The position numbers and the translations under genes were made by a program. Below, one piece after another: positions 28,122 through 37,845 of a stretch of 64,000 nucleotides of DNA. The notes under the pieces are model-generated. The model saw only the letters and a program-made list of their open reading frames with translations, did no database searches and was not told the origin of the DNA. Source of the stretch: Alphaproteobacteria bacterium (GTDB taxonomy: Bacteria > Pseudomonadota > Alphaproteobacteria > Rhizobiales > BM303); NCBI GenBank assembly GCA_024275895.1, contig JAJRYE010000046.1, positions 25,411 through 89,410 on the forward strand. The letters run 5' to 3'. Position 1 is the stretch's first letter, and each line of letters opens with the position of its first letter.

Positions 28122-29714
28122 ATGTCCACCTCTCCCGCACCCATTGCCCGCGCTCTTTTATCGGTTTCCGACAAGAGCGGTCTTGTTGATTTCGCCAGGG
28201 GTCTTGCCGGTTACGGCGTTGAGCTTGTTTCAACCGGCGGCACCGCCAATGCCCTGCGTGAAGCGGGGCTGGATGTGAAGGATGTCTCCGAAATCACCGG
28301 CTTTCCCGAAATCATGGACGGGCGGGTCAAAACCCTGCACCCCAATGTCCATGGCGGCCTGCTGGCCATTCGCGGCCATGAAGAGCATGAAAAAGCAAAA
28401 GCCGATCAGGGGATCAGGAACATTGATCTGCTGGTGGTCAATCTCTACCCCTTCGAGGCCACCATCGCCAGAGGAGCAGATTTTGATACCTGTATCGAAA
28501 ACATCGATATCGGCGGCCCGGCGATGATCCGCGCCGCGGCCAAGAACCACGCCGATGTGACGGTTGTGGTTGAGCCTTCCGATTATGAAAAACTGCTTGG
28601 CGACATGGCCCAGCACAAGGGCGCGACCTGCGCCAAATTCCGCCGCAAGCTGGCCGCCAAGGCTTTCGCCCGTACCGGGGCTTATGACGCGGCCATCTCC
28701 AACTGGTTTGCGGCAGAGCTTGGGCTCAATGCGCCGGTTTACCGCGCCTTTGGCGGCAATCTGGCTCAAACCCTGCGCTATGGCGAAAACCCGCATCAAA
28801 GCGCCGCCTTTTATACTGACGCCAATGCCCGCCCCGGCGTCGCCAGCGCCCGTCAGCTTCAGGGCAAGGAGCTTTCCTATAACAATATCAACGACACCGA
28901 CGCCGCCTTTGAGCTGGTCAGCGAATTTGCCGCCAGCGGCAAGGCGGCTGTTGCGATCATCAAGCATGCCAATCCTTGCGGCGCGGCGCTGGGCGAGACC
29001 CTGGCCGAGGCTTATGACAAGGCCTTTTTATGTGACCAGATCAGTGCCTTTGGCGGCATTGTTGCGATGAACCGGACCCTTGATGCTGAAATTGCCAAAA
29101 AAATCGCCAATGTCTTTACCGAGGTTGTCATCGCGCCCGATATCGAGGAGGACGCCGCCGAAATCCTCGCCGCGAAAAAGAATTTGCGCCTTCTCGTCAC
29201 TGGCGGCATGGCGGATGCGGGCGCGAAGGGCCTGACATTCAAATCCGTATCGGGGGGCTTTCTGGTCCAGTCGCGCGATAACGGCCGCATCGGGCAGGAA
29301 GATTTGCGCGTGGTTACCAAACGTCAGCCGAGCGAGCAGGAAATGGCCGATCTGATCTTTGCTTTTCGCATCGCCAAACATGTCAAATCCAACGCCATTG
29401 TCTATGTCAGAGACGGCGCAACGGTGGGCATTGGCGCCGGGCAGATGAGCCGGATTGACAGCGCCCGTATCGCAGCGCGAAAATCCGAAGACGCCGCCAG
29501 GGCCGCCGGGATTGCCGAGCCGCTGGTCAAAGGCTCCGTTGTCGCCTCCGATGCCTTCTTTCCCTTCGCTGATGGCCTGCTGGCTGCCGCTGAAGCGGGC
29601 GCAACAGCGGTCATCCAGCCTGGCGGCTCCATGCGCGATGACGAGGTCATCAGGGCCGCCGATGAAGCCGGGCTCGCCATGGTCATGACTGGCATGCGCC
29701 ATTTCCGGCATTAA
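28122..29714 (+). CDS. purH: Bifunctional AICAR transformylase/IMP cyclohydrolase
   Basis: [51 protein letters not shown]. Confidence 0.98.
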   Translation: MSTSPAPIARALLSVSDKSGLVDFARGLAGYGVELVSTGGTANALREAGLDVKDVSEITGFPEIMDGRVKTLHPNVHGGLLAIRGHEEHEKAKADQGIRNIDLLVVNLYPFEATIARGADFDTCIENIDIGGPAMIRAAAKNHADVTVVVEPSDYEKLLGDMAQHKGATCAKFRRKLAAKAFARTGAYDAAISNWFAAELGLNAPVYRAFGGNLAQTLRYGENPHQSAAFYTDANARPGVASARQLQGKELSYNNINDTDAAFELVSEFAASGKAAVAIIKHANPCGAALGETLAEAYDKAFLCDQISAFGGIVAMNRTLDAEIAKKIANVFTEVVIAPDIEEDAAEILAAKKNLRLLVTGGMADAGAKGLTFKSVSGGFLVQSRDNGRIGQEDLRVVTKRQPSEQEMADLIFAFRIAKHVKSNAIVYVRDGATVGIGAGQMSRIDSARIAARKSEDAARAAGIAEPLVKGSVVASDAFFPFADGLLAAAEAGATAVIQPGGSMRDDEVIRAADEAGLAMVMTGMRHFRH

Positions 29715-29729
29715 AATCCTTCACATCTG

Positions 29730-29765
29730 AACGGCACCGGCCCGGCGCCGGTTCAACCGGAAGAC
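29730..29765. repeat. REP-like palindrome, copy 1
   Basis: AACGGCACCGGCCCGGCGCCGGTTCAACCGGAAGAC; related copies at 42672 and 46628. Confidence 0.7.
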
Positions 29766-29775
29766 AAACAATCCG

Positions 29776-29804
29776 GATTGCCTCGCATCCTGAACGAGGC
29801 AATC
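29776..29804. terminator. Hairpin between convergent purH and gdh
   Basis: GATTGCCTCG-CATCCTGAA-CGAGGCAATC perfect 10-bp stem. Confidence 0.55.
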
Positions 29805-29824
29805 GGGGCCGCGAAGGATACAGA

Positions 29825-32800
29825 TCACGAAGCAGCCACCAGATCACTGACATAGCCGTTGGCCACGGTCAGCCGCGACAGGCTGAGCGGTCCGCTGGCG
29901 GCAAGATCGGCAATGGCGGTCGTTGTGCGCGCCACAAGCTCTTCATTCGTCTCCAGCCAGATTTGCAGGCACGCTTCCCAGTTACCCTTTTTATTCAGCA
30001 CTCTTTCCGTCAGGCGTCTTTGCGCCACCCCGGTATTGCCGATCACGCGGGAGAATGCCAGACTGTCAAGATATCCCTCCGGCGAGGCCGCATCGGCATT
30101 TTCAAGCAGGGTTTCAAGACCGAGCGCCCGGCCGATGGCAAAATAGACCCTCGCCACATCCCTGGCCTCGCGGCCGGTATTTTCCGCCGCCCGGATGATA
30201 TCCGGCGCATCCATCAAAATCGGAAAAGCGGCAAAACGGAACGCATCCTCCTCGCCGACATTTTGATGAACCAAGCGGTTTTTTTCATCCAGTATGGATT
30301 GCCAGAACGCCGGTTCCAGCAAATCTTCCAGCCGGGTGATAAAATCATCAACGATAAGCCGGTAATCCCTGATCGTCACCGCAAGCTTGTCCGCACCCGG
30401 CCCGTTGCGCAAAAACCACAGGGTCTGACGCCGCAGCAGATTTTGAATATTGAGATAAAGCCGGGTCTGAAAGGCGCTGGGAACCTTGTTGTCGAGCCGG
30501 TCAACCGATTTTGAAAGCGCCGAGAGGGAGAAAATATCCCGCGCCAGCACATGCGCCGCCGCGATCGCCCCGGCATCAGAACCGGTTTCATCCCCCATAC
30601 GCGAAGCAAAAGCCGTGCCGCCGCGATTAATCATATCATTGGCAATCAGGGTCGAGATAATCTCACGCCGCAATTTGTGCTGTTTGATATCCTCCGCAAT
30701 CTTCTTTTGCATGTTTTTGGGAAAATAATGCAGCAAATCAGTGCTGAAATAAGGATCATCCACCAGAGCGCCCTCAAGCAGATCATTGAACAGGCTGATC
30801 TTGCTATAGGCAAACAAAACCGCAATCTCGGGCCGCGTCAGCCAGCGCCCCTGTTTTTGATATTGCCGCATGGTCAGATCATCGGGCAAAAACTCGATCA
30901 CCCGGTCAAGCTCGCCCAAAGCTTCAAGTTTCGACATCAGGCGCATCTGGGAGCCGGACTCCGCGCCGCCCCGCGCCTGATCGAGCGTAATCGCCAGGGT
31001 CTGGCTGTAATTGTTGCGCAGCGCCAGATGACCGACCTGATCCGTCATGCCGGCAAGAAATTCGGCGCGCCCGGCCGGGTCAAGCCGCCGGTTCTTGATC
31101 GCCCCGTCAAGAGCGATCTTGATATTGACCTCGATATCGGAGGTGTTCACCCCGGCCGAATTGTCAATCGCATCGGTATTGATACGCCCGCCGCAAGACG
31201 CAAACTCGATACGGCCCCTCTGGGTCACGCCCAGATTGGCCCCCTCGCCAATGACCTTGACCCGCAACTCTTCACCGGTGATCCGGATCGGATCATTAAT
31301 CCGGTCCCCGACATCAATATCGGATTCGTCACTGGCGCGGACATAGGTCCCGATGCCGCCAAACCACATCAGATCGGCCCTGGTCTTCAAAATCGCGTTG
31401 ATCAGCGCCGCCGGCGTCATCTTGCCGCGCTCCGTGCCCAGCAGTGCCTTGAGTTCATCACTCAGCGCAATGGATTTAAGCTTGCGGCTGAAGATACCGC
31501 CGCCCCGGCTGATGAGATCCCTGTTGTAATCGCGCCAGCTCGAGCGCGGCATATGAAACAACCGCTCGCGCTCGCCCCAGCTTGTCTCGGGGTCCGGGTT
31601 CGGGTCAATAAAGATATCCCGGTGGTCAAAAGCGGCCACCAGCCTGATCTGGCGTGACAGCAGCATGCCGTTGCCAAAGACATCCCCCGACATATCGCCA
31701 ACCCCGATCACCGTGAACGGCTTGGTCTGGATATTCATGTCCATTTCCTGGAAATGGCGCCTGACCGCCTCCCAGGCGCCGCGGGCGGTAATGCCCATTT
31801 TCTTGTGGTCATAGCCGACCGAGCCGCCCGAGGCAAAAGCATCGCCAAGCCAGAAACCGTGACTGAGCGAGATTTCATTGGCGATATCGGAAAATGTTGC
31901 CGTCCCTTTATCCGCCGCCACGACCAGATAGGGATCATCGCCGTCATAGCGCAAAATGCCCGCCGGCGGCACGACCTTGTCGCCGTCAAGATTATCCGTG
32001 ATGCGCAGCAATTCGGAGATAAAAATCCGGTAACAGGCGGTCCCCTCCTGCAAGATTTGCTCGCGGCTGGCAAGCGGCGGGATTTTCTTTGGTACAAATC
32101 CGCCCTTGGAGCCAACCGGAACAATCACCGCGTTCTTGACCCGCTGGGCTTTCATCAGGCCTAAAACCTCGGTGCGGAAATCCTCCGGCCGGTCCGACCA
32201 GCGAATGCCGCCGCGCGCGATGGCGCCGCCGCGCAGATGCACCCCCTGCACTCGCGGCGAACAGACGAAAATTTCGGCAAACGGCCTGGGTTTGGGAAGC
32301 TGCTCCAGCATCGGGCTTTTGATTTTGAAAGACAGCGCCGGCGGCGGCGCGCCGTTTCCATCATGCATATAGGCATTGCTGCGCAAGAAGGCGCGGAGCA
32401 GATCGAGATAAAGCCGCAAGACCCGGTCTTCATCAAGACTGTCCACCTTCTCAAGCGCCGCTTCAAATCTGGCCGCCTGTTGCTCAAAAGCCTTTTGCCT
32501 GTCGGTGGTCTTGCCCTTCCATTCAGGATCAAACCGGGTGCGGAACATTTCAATAAACAAGGCGGCAAGATGCGAATGCTGACACAATACCCGCGCCATA
32601 TAGGTGCGGCTATGGGCAACCCCGGCCTGTTTGAGATAATGGGTGCAGGCGCGCAATATGGCAATATTGCGCCAGTCGAGGCTGATAACCGATGTCAGGG
32701 CGTTATGGGCGTCATCCTCTGCCCTGCCGGTCCAGACGGCCAGAAAAGCCGCCTCGACAAGACCGTTTAATATGTCCTTGCGCACCGGCGAGCCATCGGC

Positions 32801-34642
32801 GGTTTCAATCGAAATGGAGTGATACCAGATCATCTGGCCGCCATTGCCGTCCTTGCGCATGATGGGATATGTGCGCTCGGCGATTGAGCGAAAGCCCATA
32901 TTTTCAAGGATCGGCAGGCGGTCGCTCAGAGCAATCGGCTCGCCCATGTGAAACATTTTAAGCCGCAGGCCGTTATCGCCGTATTCGTCACGGTGATAAA
33001 AATCAATCACCAGATCATTCTCCCGCCTCAGCCCTTCCATGAGGCTGATATCATACAAGGCGTCCTCAATCCCGAATGTGTTCTGATAGGCTTTGGAAAA
33101 ACTTCCCTTGTAGCGGGCGGTCGAGACCGGATGTTCCATGAGGGACATCTGGGAGAACAGATTATCCTCCCAGCTTCGCGCCGCGCGGGCAATTAAAGCC
33201 TCGATCCCGTCCTTGTCCGGCGAAGGTGTAACCCCGCTATAACGGCCGATGATAAAATGCACTCGCGCCAGCGGCCCCTCGGGAAAGGCAGGGTAAAACG
33301 CCGACACGCTGCCATCATAGGCCTCGCACAAAATCTTGCCGATTTTTATCCGCAATGCGGTGTCATAGGAATCCTTGGGAACAAAGATAAGAACCGAGAC
33401 AAACCGGTCGAACTTGTCGCGGCGGATGAAAACGCGGGTTCGCGGCCGCTCATAGAGTTGCAGGATACCGATGACAAACTCATAGAGCTTGTCGACCTCG
33501 ATCTGAAACAGCTCGTCGCGCGGATAGGAGTTGAGGACATTCATGATCGCGCGACCCGAATGGCTGGTGCGCGAGTACCCCGAGCGGCGTATAATCAGGG
33601 CGGCCTTGCGGCGCAGGAAGGGAATACTGCCTACCGAACGCGTATAGGCGCTGGCCGTAAACAGACCAACAACGCGAAGCTCTCCCGTGAGCGTACCATT
33701 GTCGTCAAACTGCTTGATGCCGATATAATCCATATGGACGTTGCGGTGCACCGTTGCACGCACATTGGCCTTGGTGATAATCAGCGGCGCCGGCTGCAAT
33801 AAAAAATCGCGCACCTCGGGCGTCAGCACCACCAGTTCGCGGCCCCGGCGCAAAACCTTCACATCCCGGTTGCGCAGGGTCCCGAGGCCCGAGCCCCTGA
33901 CCTCAACGAGCCCGCCGGTTTTGCCGTCATCCTCAAACACAAACTCGCGTATGCCGAGAAACAGAAAATTGTCGTCATTGAGCCATTGCAGAAACTGAAT
34001 AGTCTCTGCCAGCTCATCAACCGGCACCGGAGGCGGACAGGACTGGTAACTGGCAATTGTGCGGTTCAGCCGTTCCTGCATCAGCGGCCAGTCAAGAACA
34101 ACCGTGCGCACATCATCAAGGATATCGGCAAGTTTTGAGACCAGCGCCTCCCGGTCCGCTTCCAGCGAGATCCGGCGCACATGAATGTGAATCAGGCTCT
34201 CACGCAAACTTTGGCCGTTTTGCTGTTCAAGCACCTTCTCGCGCTTGCCCCTGGCGTCCCGCTCAACATCGAAGATGGGATGGAGAACCAGATGAACCTC
34301 ATACCCGCCGGATGATATTTGCGCCATGACCGAATCGACAAGAAACGGCATGTCGTCACTGCAAATCTCGATAACCGAGATGGCCTCAAGCTGGCTCAGT
34401 TCAGGTTCGAATATGCGGATTTTGGCATGACCATAGGGACGCAGTCCGGTAAATTCCCAAGCCTCCAGAGCAATGCTCAACAAGTCCCCGGCAGAATACC
34501 CGATAAGATCATCATATATGGCTTTGGCAAAAAAGGTTTTGATGAAAATCAACTGGTCAGAACTTCTGAGCCCCTGAGCCCGGGCGGCTTTCAGAACTCC
34601 CTTGATGGTTTTCTTGAGTTTCTTGTCTTTTTCTGCCGGCAT
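29825..34642 (-). CDS. gdhB: Large NAD-specific glutamate dehydrogenase
   Basis: 1605 aa; DDMPFLVDS, RGGIRWSDR, KNAVIVP.GSKGGF, VAADKGTA, GYDHKKMGITARG, GDMSGDVFGNG. Confidence 0.95.
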   Translation of the reverse strand: MPAEKDKKLKKTIKGVLKAARAQGLRSSDQLIFIKTFFAKAIYDDLIGYSAGDLLSIALEAWEFTGLRPYGHAKIRIFEPELSQLEAISVIEICSDDMPFLVDSVMAQISSGGYEVHLVLHPIFDVERDARGKREKVLEQQNGQSLRESLIHIHVRRISLEADREALVSKLADILDDVRTVVLDWPLMQERLNRTIASYQSCPPPVPVDELAETIQFLQWLNDDNFLFLGIREFVFEDDGKTGGLVEVRGSGLGTLRNRDVKVLRRGRELVVLTPEVRDFLLQPAPLIITKANVRATVHRNVHMDYIGIKQFDDNGTLTGELRVVGLFTASAYTRSVGSIPFLRRKAALIIRRSGYSRTSHSGRAIMNVLNSYPRDELFQIEVDKLYEFVIGILQLYERPRTRVFIRRDKFDRFVSVLIFVPKDSYDTALRIKIGKILCEAYDGSVSAFYPAFPEGPLARVHFIIGRYSGVTPSPDKDGIEALIARAARSWEDNLFSQMSLMEHPVSTARYKGSFSKAYQNTFGIEDALYDISLMEGLRRENDLVIDFYHRDEYGDNGLRLKMFHMGEPIALSDRLPILENMGFRSIAERTYPIMRKDGNGGQMIWYHSISIETADGSPVRKDILNGLVEAAFLAVWTGRAEDDAHNALTSVISLDWRNIAILRACTHYLKQAGVAHSRTYMARVLCQHSHLAALFIEMFRTRFDPEWKGKTTDRQKAFEQQAARFEAALEKVDSLDEDRVLRLYLDLLRAFLRSNAYMHDGNGAPPPALSFKIKSPMLEQLPKPRPFAEIFVCSPRVQGVHLRGGAIARGGIRWSDRPEDFRTEVLGLMKAQRVKNAVIVPVGSKGGFVPKKIPPLASREQILQEGTACYRIFISELLRITDNLDGDKVVPPAGILRYDGDDPYLVVAADKGTATFSDIANEISLSHGFWLGDAFASGGSVGYDHKKMGITARGAWEAVRRHFQEMDMNIQTKPFTVIGVGDMSGDVFGNGMLLSRQIRLVAAFDHRDIFIDPNPDPETSWGERERLFHMPRSSWRDYNRDLISRGGGIFSRKLKSIALSDELKALLGTERGKMTPAALINAILKTRADLMWFGGIGTYVRASDESDIDVGDRINDPIRITGEELRVKVIGEGANLGVTQRGRIEFASCGGRINTDAIDNSAGVNTSDIEVNIKIALDGAIKNRRLDPAGRAEFLAGMTDQVGHLALRNNYSQTLAITLDQARGGAESGSQMRLMSKLEALGELDRVIEFLPDDLTMRQYQKQGRWLTRPEIAVLFAYSKISLFNDLLEGALVDDPYFSTDLLHYFPKNMQKKIAEDIKQHKLRREIISTLIANDMINRGGTAFASRMGDETGSDAGAIAAAHVLARDIFSLSALSKSVDRLDNKVPSAFQTRLYLNIQNLLRRQTLWFLRNGPGADKLAVTIRDYRLIVDDFITRLEDLLEPAFWQSILDEKNRLVHQNVGEEDAFRFAAFPILMDAPDIIRAAENTGREARDVARVYFAIGRALGLETLLENADAASPEGYLDSLAFSRVIGNTGVAQRRLTERVLNKKGNWEACLQIWLETNEELVARTTTAIADLAASGPLSLSRLTVANGYVSDLVAAS

Positions 34643-34829
34643 GGATGATGCCCTTTCCGTGTTTCTACCGGATTAAACGGTTTGACATTGACCCTGCTTC
34701 CTCGCCTTGACAAGCTAAAACATCCCTGTCTCTCTTTTTTTTTACCCGAACATAAGGAGCTTGACTTACGGCCGCGCACAAGCTGACTTTGATTGGGTAG
34801 TCCTGGATATTCTCGAACCCTTTGGCGCC

Positions 34830-35711
34830 ATGCATTTCAATTTCGTTTTCAACCATATCGGCAAAGCCTGGAGCATTGCCCTTGATGCCACCTCGCATTT
34901 GATCGAGGATGATGGCCTGGCGCTGGCGGGCAATATTGCCTTTTGCATGATACTGGCGCTGTTTCCGTTTTTGATTCTGCTCACCGCGTTCGCTGGATTT
35001 CTGGGCAATCAGCAACTGGCCGAAACGGTTGTCAATTACCTGCTCTCCGTCGCCCCGCGCGAGATCGCCGGACCTCTGGCGCCCGAGATTCACAAACTCC
35101 TCACTGTCCCGCGAACCGGTTTACTCACCCTTGGCGTCCTGTTGACCCTGTGGACGGCCTCGGGCGCGGTCGAGAGCGTTCGTGTCGGCCTCAACCGCGC
35201 CTATGAGTTTAACGAGCGCCGCTCCTACGGGTTCCGGCTGCTGGAAAATATTGTCTTTGTCATCGGCGGCGCGGCCGTCTTGCTGGTGCTGGCGGCCGGC
35301 ATTGTCTTCGGCCCTGTTTTGTGGGCCAAAATCACTTATTTCATACCGGCCATGAAGGCGTTTACACCGGCGTTTCATTTCCTGCGCTATCCGGTCTCGC
35401 TTTTCTTGCTGGCCGGCGCGCTCATCCTCGGGCATCTGTTCCTGCCCGTTTACCGCCACGCTCTGGCAGAGCTTTGGCCCGGCATTGTCCTGACCATGAT
35501 TTTATGGCTGGCCGGGGCCATCGGCTATTCAGAATATCTGGCGCGCTTCAGCACATTATCGAGCATGTATGCCGGACTGACCGGATTTATTATCGCCCTG
35601 ATCTTTTTATATCTCTCCGCCGCCCTGTTGATCTGGGGCGGCGAGGTCAACCAGATTCTGATCCAGCGCCGCCAGGCCCGGCAACCGGCGCGCGCCTGTA
35701 CCCGTTCATGA
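34830..35711 (+). CDS. YihY/virulence factor BrkB family membrane protein
   Basis: LALFPF, WTASG...GLNRAY, Y.GL...I.L.FLY...GGEVN; multiple TM helices. Confidence 0.88.
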   Translation: MHFNFVFNHIGKAWSIALDATSHLIEDDGLALAGNIAFCMILALFPFLILLTAFAGFLGNQQLAETVVNYLLSVAPREIAGPLAPEIHKLLTVPRTGLLTLGVLLTLWTASGAVESVRVGLNRAYEFNERRSYGFRLLENIVFVIGGAAVLLVLAAGIVFGPVLWAKITYFIPAMKAFTPAFHFLRYPVSLFLLAGALILGHLFLPVYRHALAELWPGIVLTMILWLAGAIGYSEYLARFSTLSSMYAGLTGFIIALIFLYLSAALLIWGGEVNQILIQRRQARQPARACTRS

Positions 35712-36200
35712 TTTGCCCGCGCGGGCATAAAAAAAACTGAACAGGGCAAAACCGATCGAGTAAAACACATTATATCCGGCAGGCGAGAGACCAAGGATAC
35801 GAAATGGTGGTTCATCGCAAGGTACAATTTTTGCGTGTTTGAGTTGTGACATCAGATCGCCGACATTGCCCGAAAACCCGTTTCCCGGCGAGCAGGCCGT
35901 GGGCCCGGACCAGAATTTCCATTCCACCCCGGAATGAAAGACCGCAATCCCGGCGCCGATCAGCATCAACCCGCCAACAAGAGCGATTACCAGCCGCGCC
36001 GCGCCTTGTTTGTCAAAACGAATCAGGCCAAGCGCGGCAAACCCAAGCCCGAAGGCGAGATAATACGGCCAGCGCTGCTTCAGGCACAGCGAGCAGGGCG
36101 CATATCCCAGACCATACTGGGTAAACCAGGCCACGCATAATGCGGTCGCGCTGGCAAGAATAATCAGGAAGGAAACCTGGGAGAGACGAAGCTGCGGCAT
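35706..36200 (-). CDS. Disulfide bond formation protein DsbB family
   Basis: PCSLCLKQR motif, HSGVE.K.W.GPTAC, PCDE. Confidence 0.9.
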   Translation of the reverse strand: MPQLRLSQVSFLIILASATALCVAWFTQYGLGYAPCSLCLKQRWPYYLAFGLGFAALGLIRFDKQGAARLVIALVGGLMLIGAGIAVFHSGVEWKFWSGPTACSPGNGFSGNVGDLMSQLKHAKIVPCDEPPFRILGLSPAGYNVFYSIGFALFSFFYARAGKS

Positions 36201-36214
36201 GAGTTTTTTTCCGG

Positions 36215-36796
36215 TTACAGCAGATATTTGACGGCTATAAAGCCGCCAAAGAGTAAAACAACAAAAAGCGTCGCCGCAAGGCCGAATCGCTTTTCGATAA
36301 AATCGCGCACCTGGGGGCCAAGCCAGTAGAGCAGGGCGGTAACGGCAAAAAACCGCAAGCCGCGCGCCGCGATGCTGGCGAAAACAAATACCGCCAGATT
36401 AAGCTCCGCCGCACCGCTGGCAATGGTGATCAGTTTATAGGGCAGGGGCGTAAGCCCGAAAGCAAAAACGATCCAGGCGCCATATTCATGATACTGGGCC
36501 GTGAACTGGGCAAACTTGTCCTCAAGGCCGTAAATGCCCAGAATCATCTGGCCGATACCCGCCATGAGAAAAAATCCGATAGCGTATCCCAGCATGCCGC
36601 CCAGAACCGAAGCGGTCATGGCAATTGCCGCCAGAGCCCAGGCCCGGGCCCGCTGGGCCAGCACCATGGGGACAAGCATGATATCGGGCGGAATGGGGAA
36701 AAACGAGCTTTCGACAAAAGAAACCCCCGCCAGCGCCCAGCGCGCATGCCTGTGTCCGGCCAGGTCCAGCGTCCAGTGATAAAGTCTTTTCAGCAT
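36215..36796 (-). CDS. YqaA/DedA family membrane protein
   Basis: SFVESSFFPIPPD, SVLGG..GY, TPLPYK, RGLRFF. Confidence 0.92.
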   Translation of the reverse strand: MLKRLYHWTLDLAGHRHARWALAGVSFVESSFFPIPPDIMLVPMVLAQRARAWALAAIAMTASVLGGMLGYAIGFFLMAGIGQMILGIYGLEDKFAQFTAQYHEYGAWIVFAFGLTPLPYKLITIASGAAELNLAVFVFASIAARGLRFFAVTALLYWLGPQVRDFIEKRFGLAATLFVVLLFGGFIAVKYLL

Positions 36797-36912
36797 ATCG
36801 CCCCTTGGCGTTATTGCGGCTTTGCGTTGCAGGTGAACTGTTAGCAGCGCCGTCCCGGCTTGTCCATGCAATGACAAAACTCTTGCGCCGTTCCACCGAT
36901 CACCATTCGAGG

Positions 36913-36940
36913 TTGACGGGTCCGCTCTCTTGAGTATGAT
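36913..36940 (+). promoter_or_regulatory. sigma70 promoter of tRNA-Leu
   Basis: TTGACG-N16-TATGAT about 20 nt upstream of the tRNA. Confidence 0.6.
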
Positions 36941-36958
36941 CCGCCCGCATACAGCCTT

Positions 36959-37045
36959 GCCCCTGTGGCGGAATTGGTAGACGCGCTGGATTCAAAATCC
37001 AGTTCCCGTACGGGAGTGGGAGTTCGATTCTCCCCGGGGGCACCA
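36959..37045 (+). tRNA. tRNA-Leu (CAA)
   Basis: GCCCCTG acceptor stem, anticodon arm CTGGA-TTCAAAA-TCCAG, long variable arm, GGGAG-TTCGATT-CTCCC, encoded CCA. Confidence 0.97.
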
Positions 37046-37350
37046 TTTTACATATCTCGCGGCTACTCCTCGCTACGCTCGGGCCTCCGGTGGGGCGGCT
37101 TGACCGGCCGTCGCCCGGTCGGGCTTTGGGGAGAGTATTCGAGGTTTCTCTGCCCCGCTGCACCATTATTTGTCTCGCGGCTATTCCTCGCTAGCGCTCG
37201 GGCCTCCGACGGGGCGCGCTGGCCGCGCGGCGCCCGGTCGGGCTCTGGGGAGAGTGTTCGAGGTTTCTCAGCCCTACTGCACCATTATTTGTCTCGCGGC
37301 TATTCCTCGCTACGCTCGGGCCTCCGGTGGGGCGGCTTGACCGGCCGGCG
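37040..37350 (+). repeat. Tandem ~120-bp repeat (about 2.6 units) anchored on the tRNA 3' end GCACCA
   Basis: GCACCATT recurs at 37040, 37160 and 37279; shared core TCTCGCGGCTA(C/T)TCCTCGCTA(G)CGCTCGGGCCTCCG. Confidence 0.9.
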
Positions 37351-37475
37351 GCGCTTGCACCGCTTGGTGCGCCGGGCTTGAGGTTTAACCTCTCAAAGGT
37401 TCATGTTCTTTATTGCTCCCCGGCCGCTTTTGTGCCTTTTCTTGGCTTTTTTCAGAAACCGGCGGGATGATTTTA

Positions 37476-37491
37476 CTTGACTTAAGTCAAG
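37476..37491. promoter_or_regulatory. FNR/FixK-like box
   Basis: Perfect palindrome CTTGAC-TTAA-GTCAAG (TTGAY-N4-RTCAA geometry). Confidence 0.55.
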
Positions 37492-37845
37492 AGCGGTCAT
37501 AAAATTGTTATGGCTATGGCAGCAATATGACAAATTGTCGCGGTGGCTGGGGGCACGTTTGGCGCATGAACGCTTGGCGGGCTTCGGGGAAAAAGAGCAA
37601 TCGCAATTCTTGTTGATGAAAATTACATTATCATTTCTGGTATTGATAATTTTTATCAGTATTATTTGTTGCGCTTCATTATATTTTCTAAAAAATGCCT
37701 GATTACACTTCGACTATTTTGTTGGTTTGGTATATTATTATCTTATAATAAGTATTTAGTTATAAATTTATTGACAATATAGTTTATTGGGTATTTCATA
37801 CACTTCCATCTGGGGAATAATAACAAACAAGAGGATGGCAACAAA

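Noticed and set aside
30551-31657. 368-aa + strand ORF and others inside gdhB
   Set aside because: Antisense to a clear NAD-GDH gene; no independent evidence.
37040-37350. Possible CRISPR array or prophage att site
   Set aside because: The units are ~120 bp, similar along their whole length and lack unique spacers. No cas or integrase gene is present, and only about 6-8 bp match the tRNA end.
36965-37381. 138-aa ORF with an internal peptide repeat
   Set aside because: It reads through tRNA-Leu and the tandem repeat; the repeated peptide reflects the DNA repeat.
37548-37567. Possible sigma54 promoter (GG-N10-GC)
   Set aside because: It lacks the TGGCAC/TTGC context and is too degenerate to support.
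37505-37702. 65-aa hydrophobic ORF
   Set aside because: TTG start without an RBS; the hydrophobicity follows from AT-rich DNA. It cannot be fully excluded without ribosome profiling.
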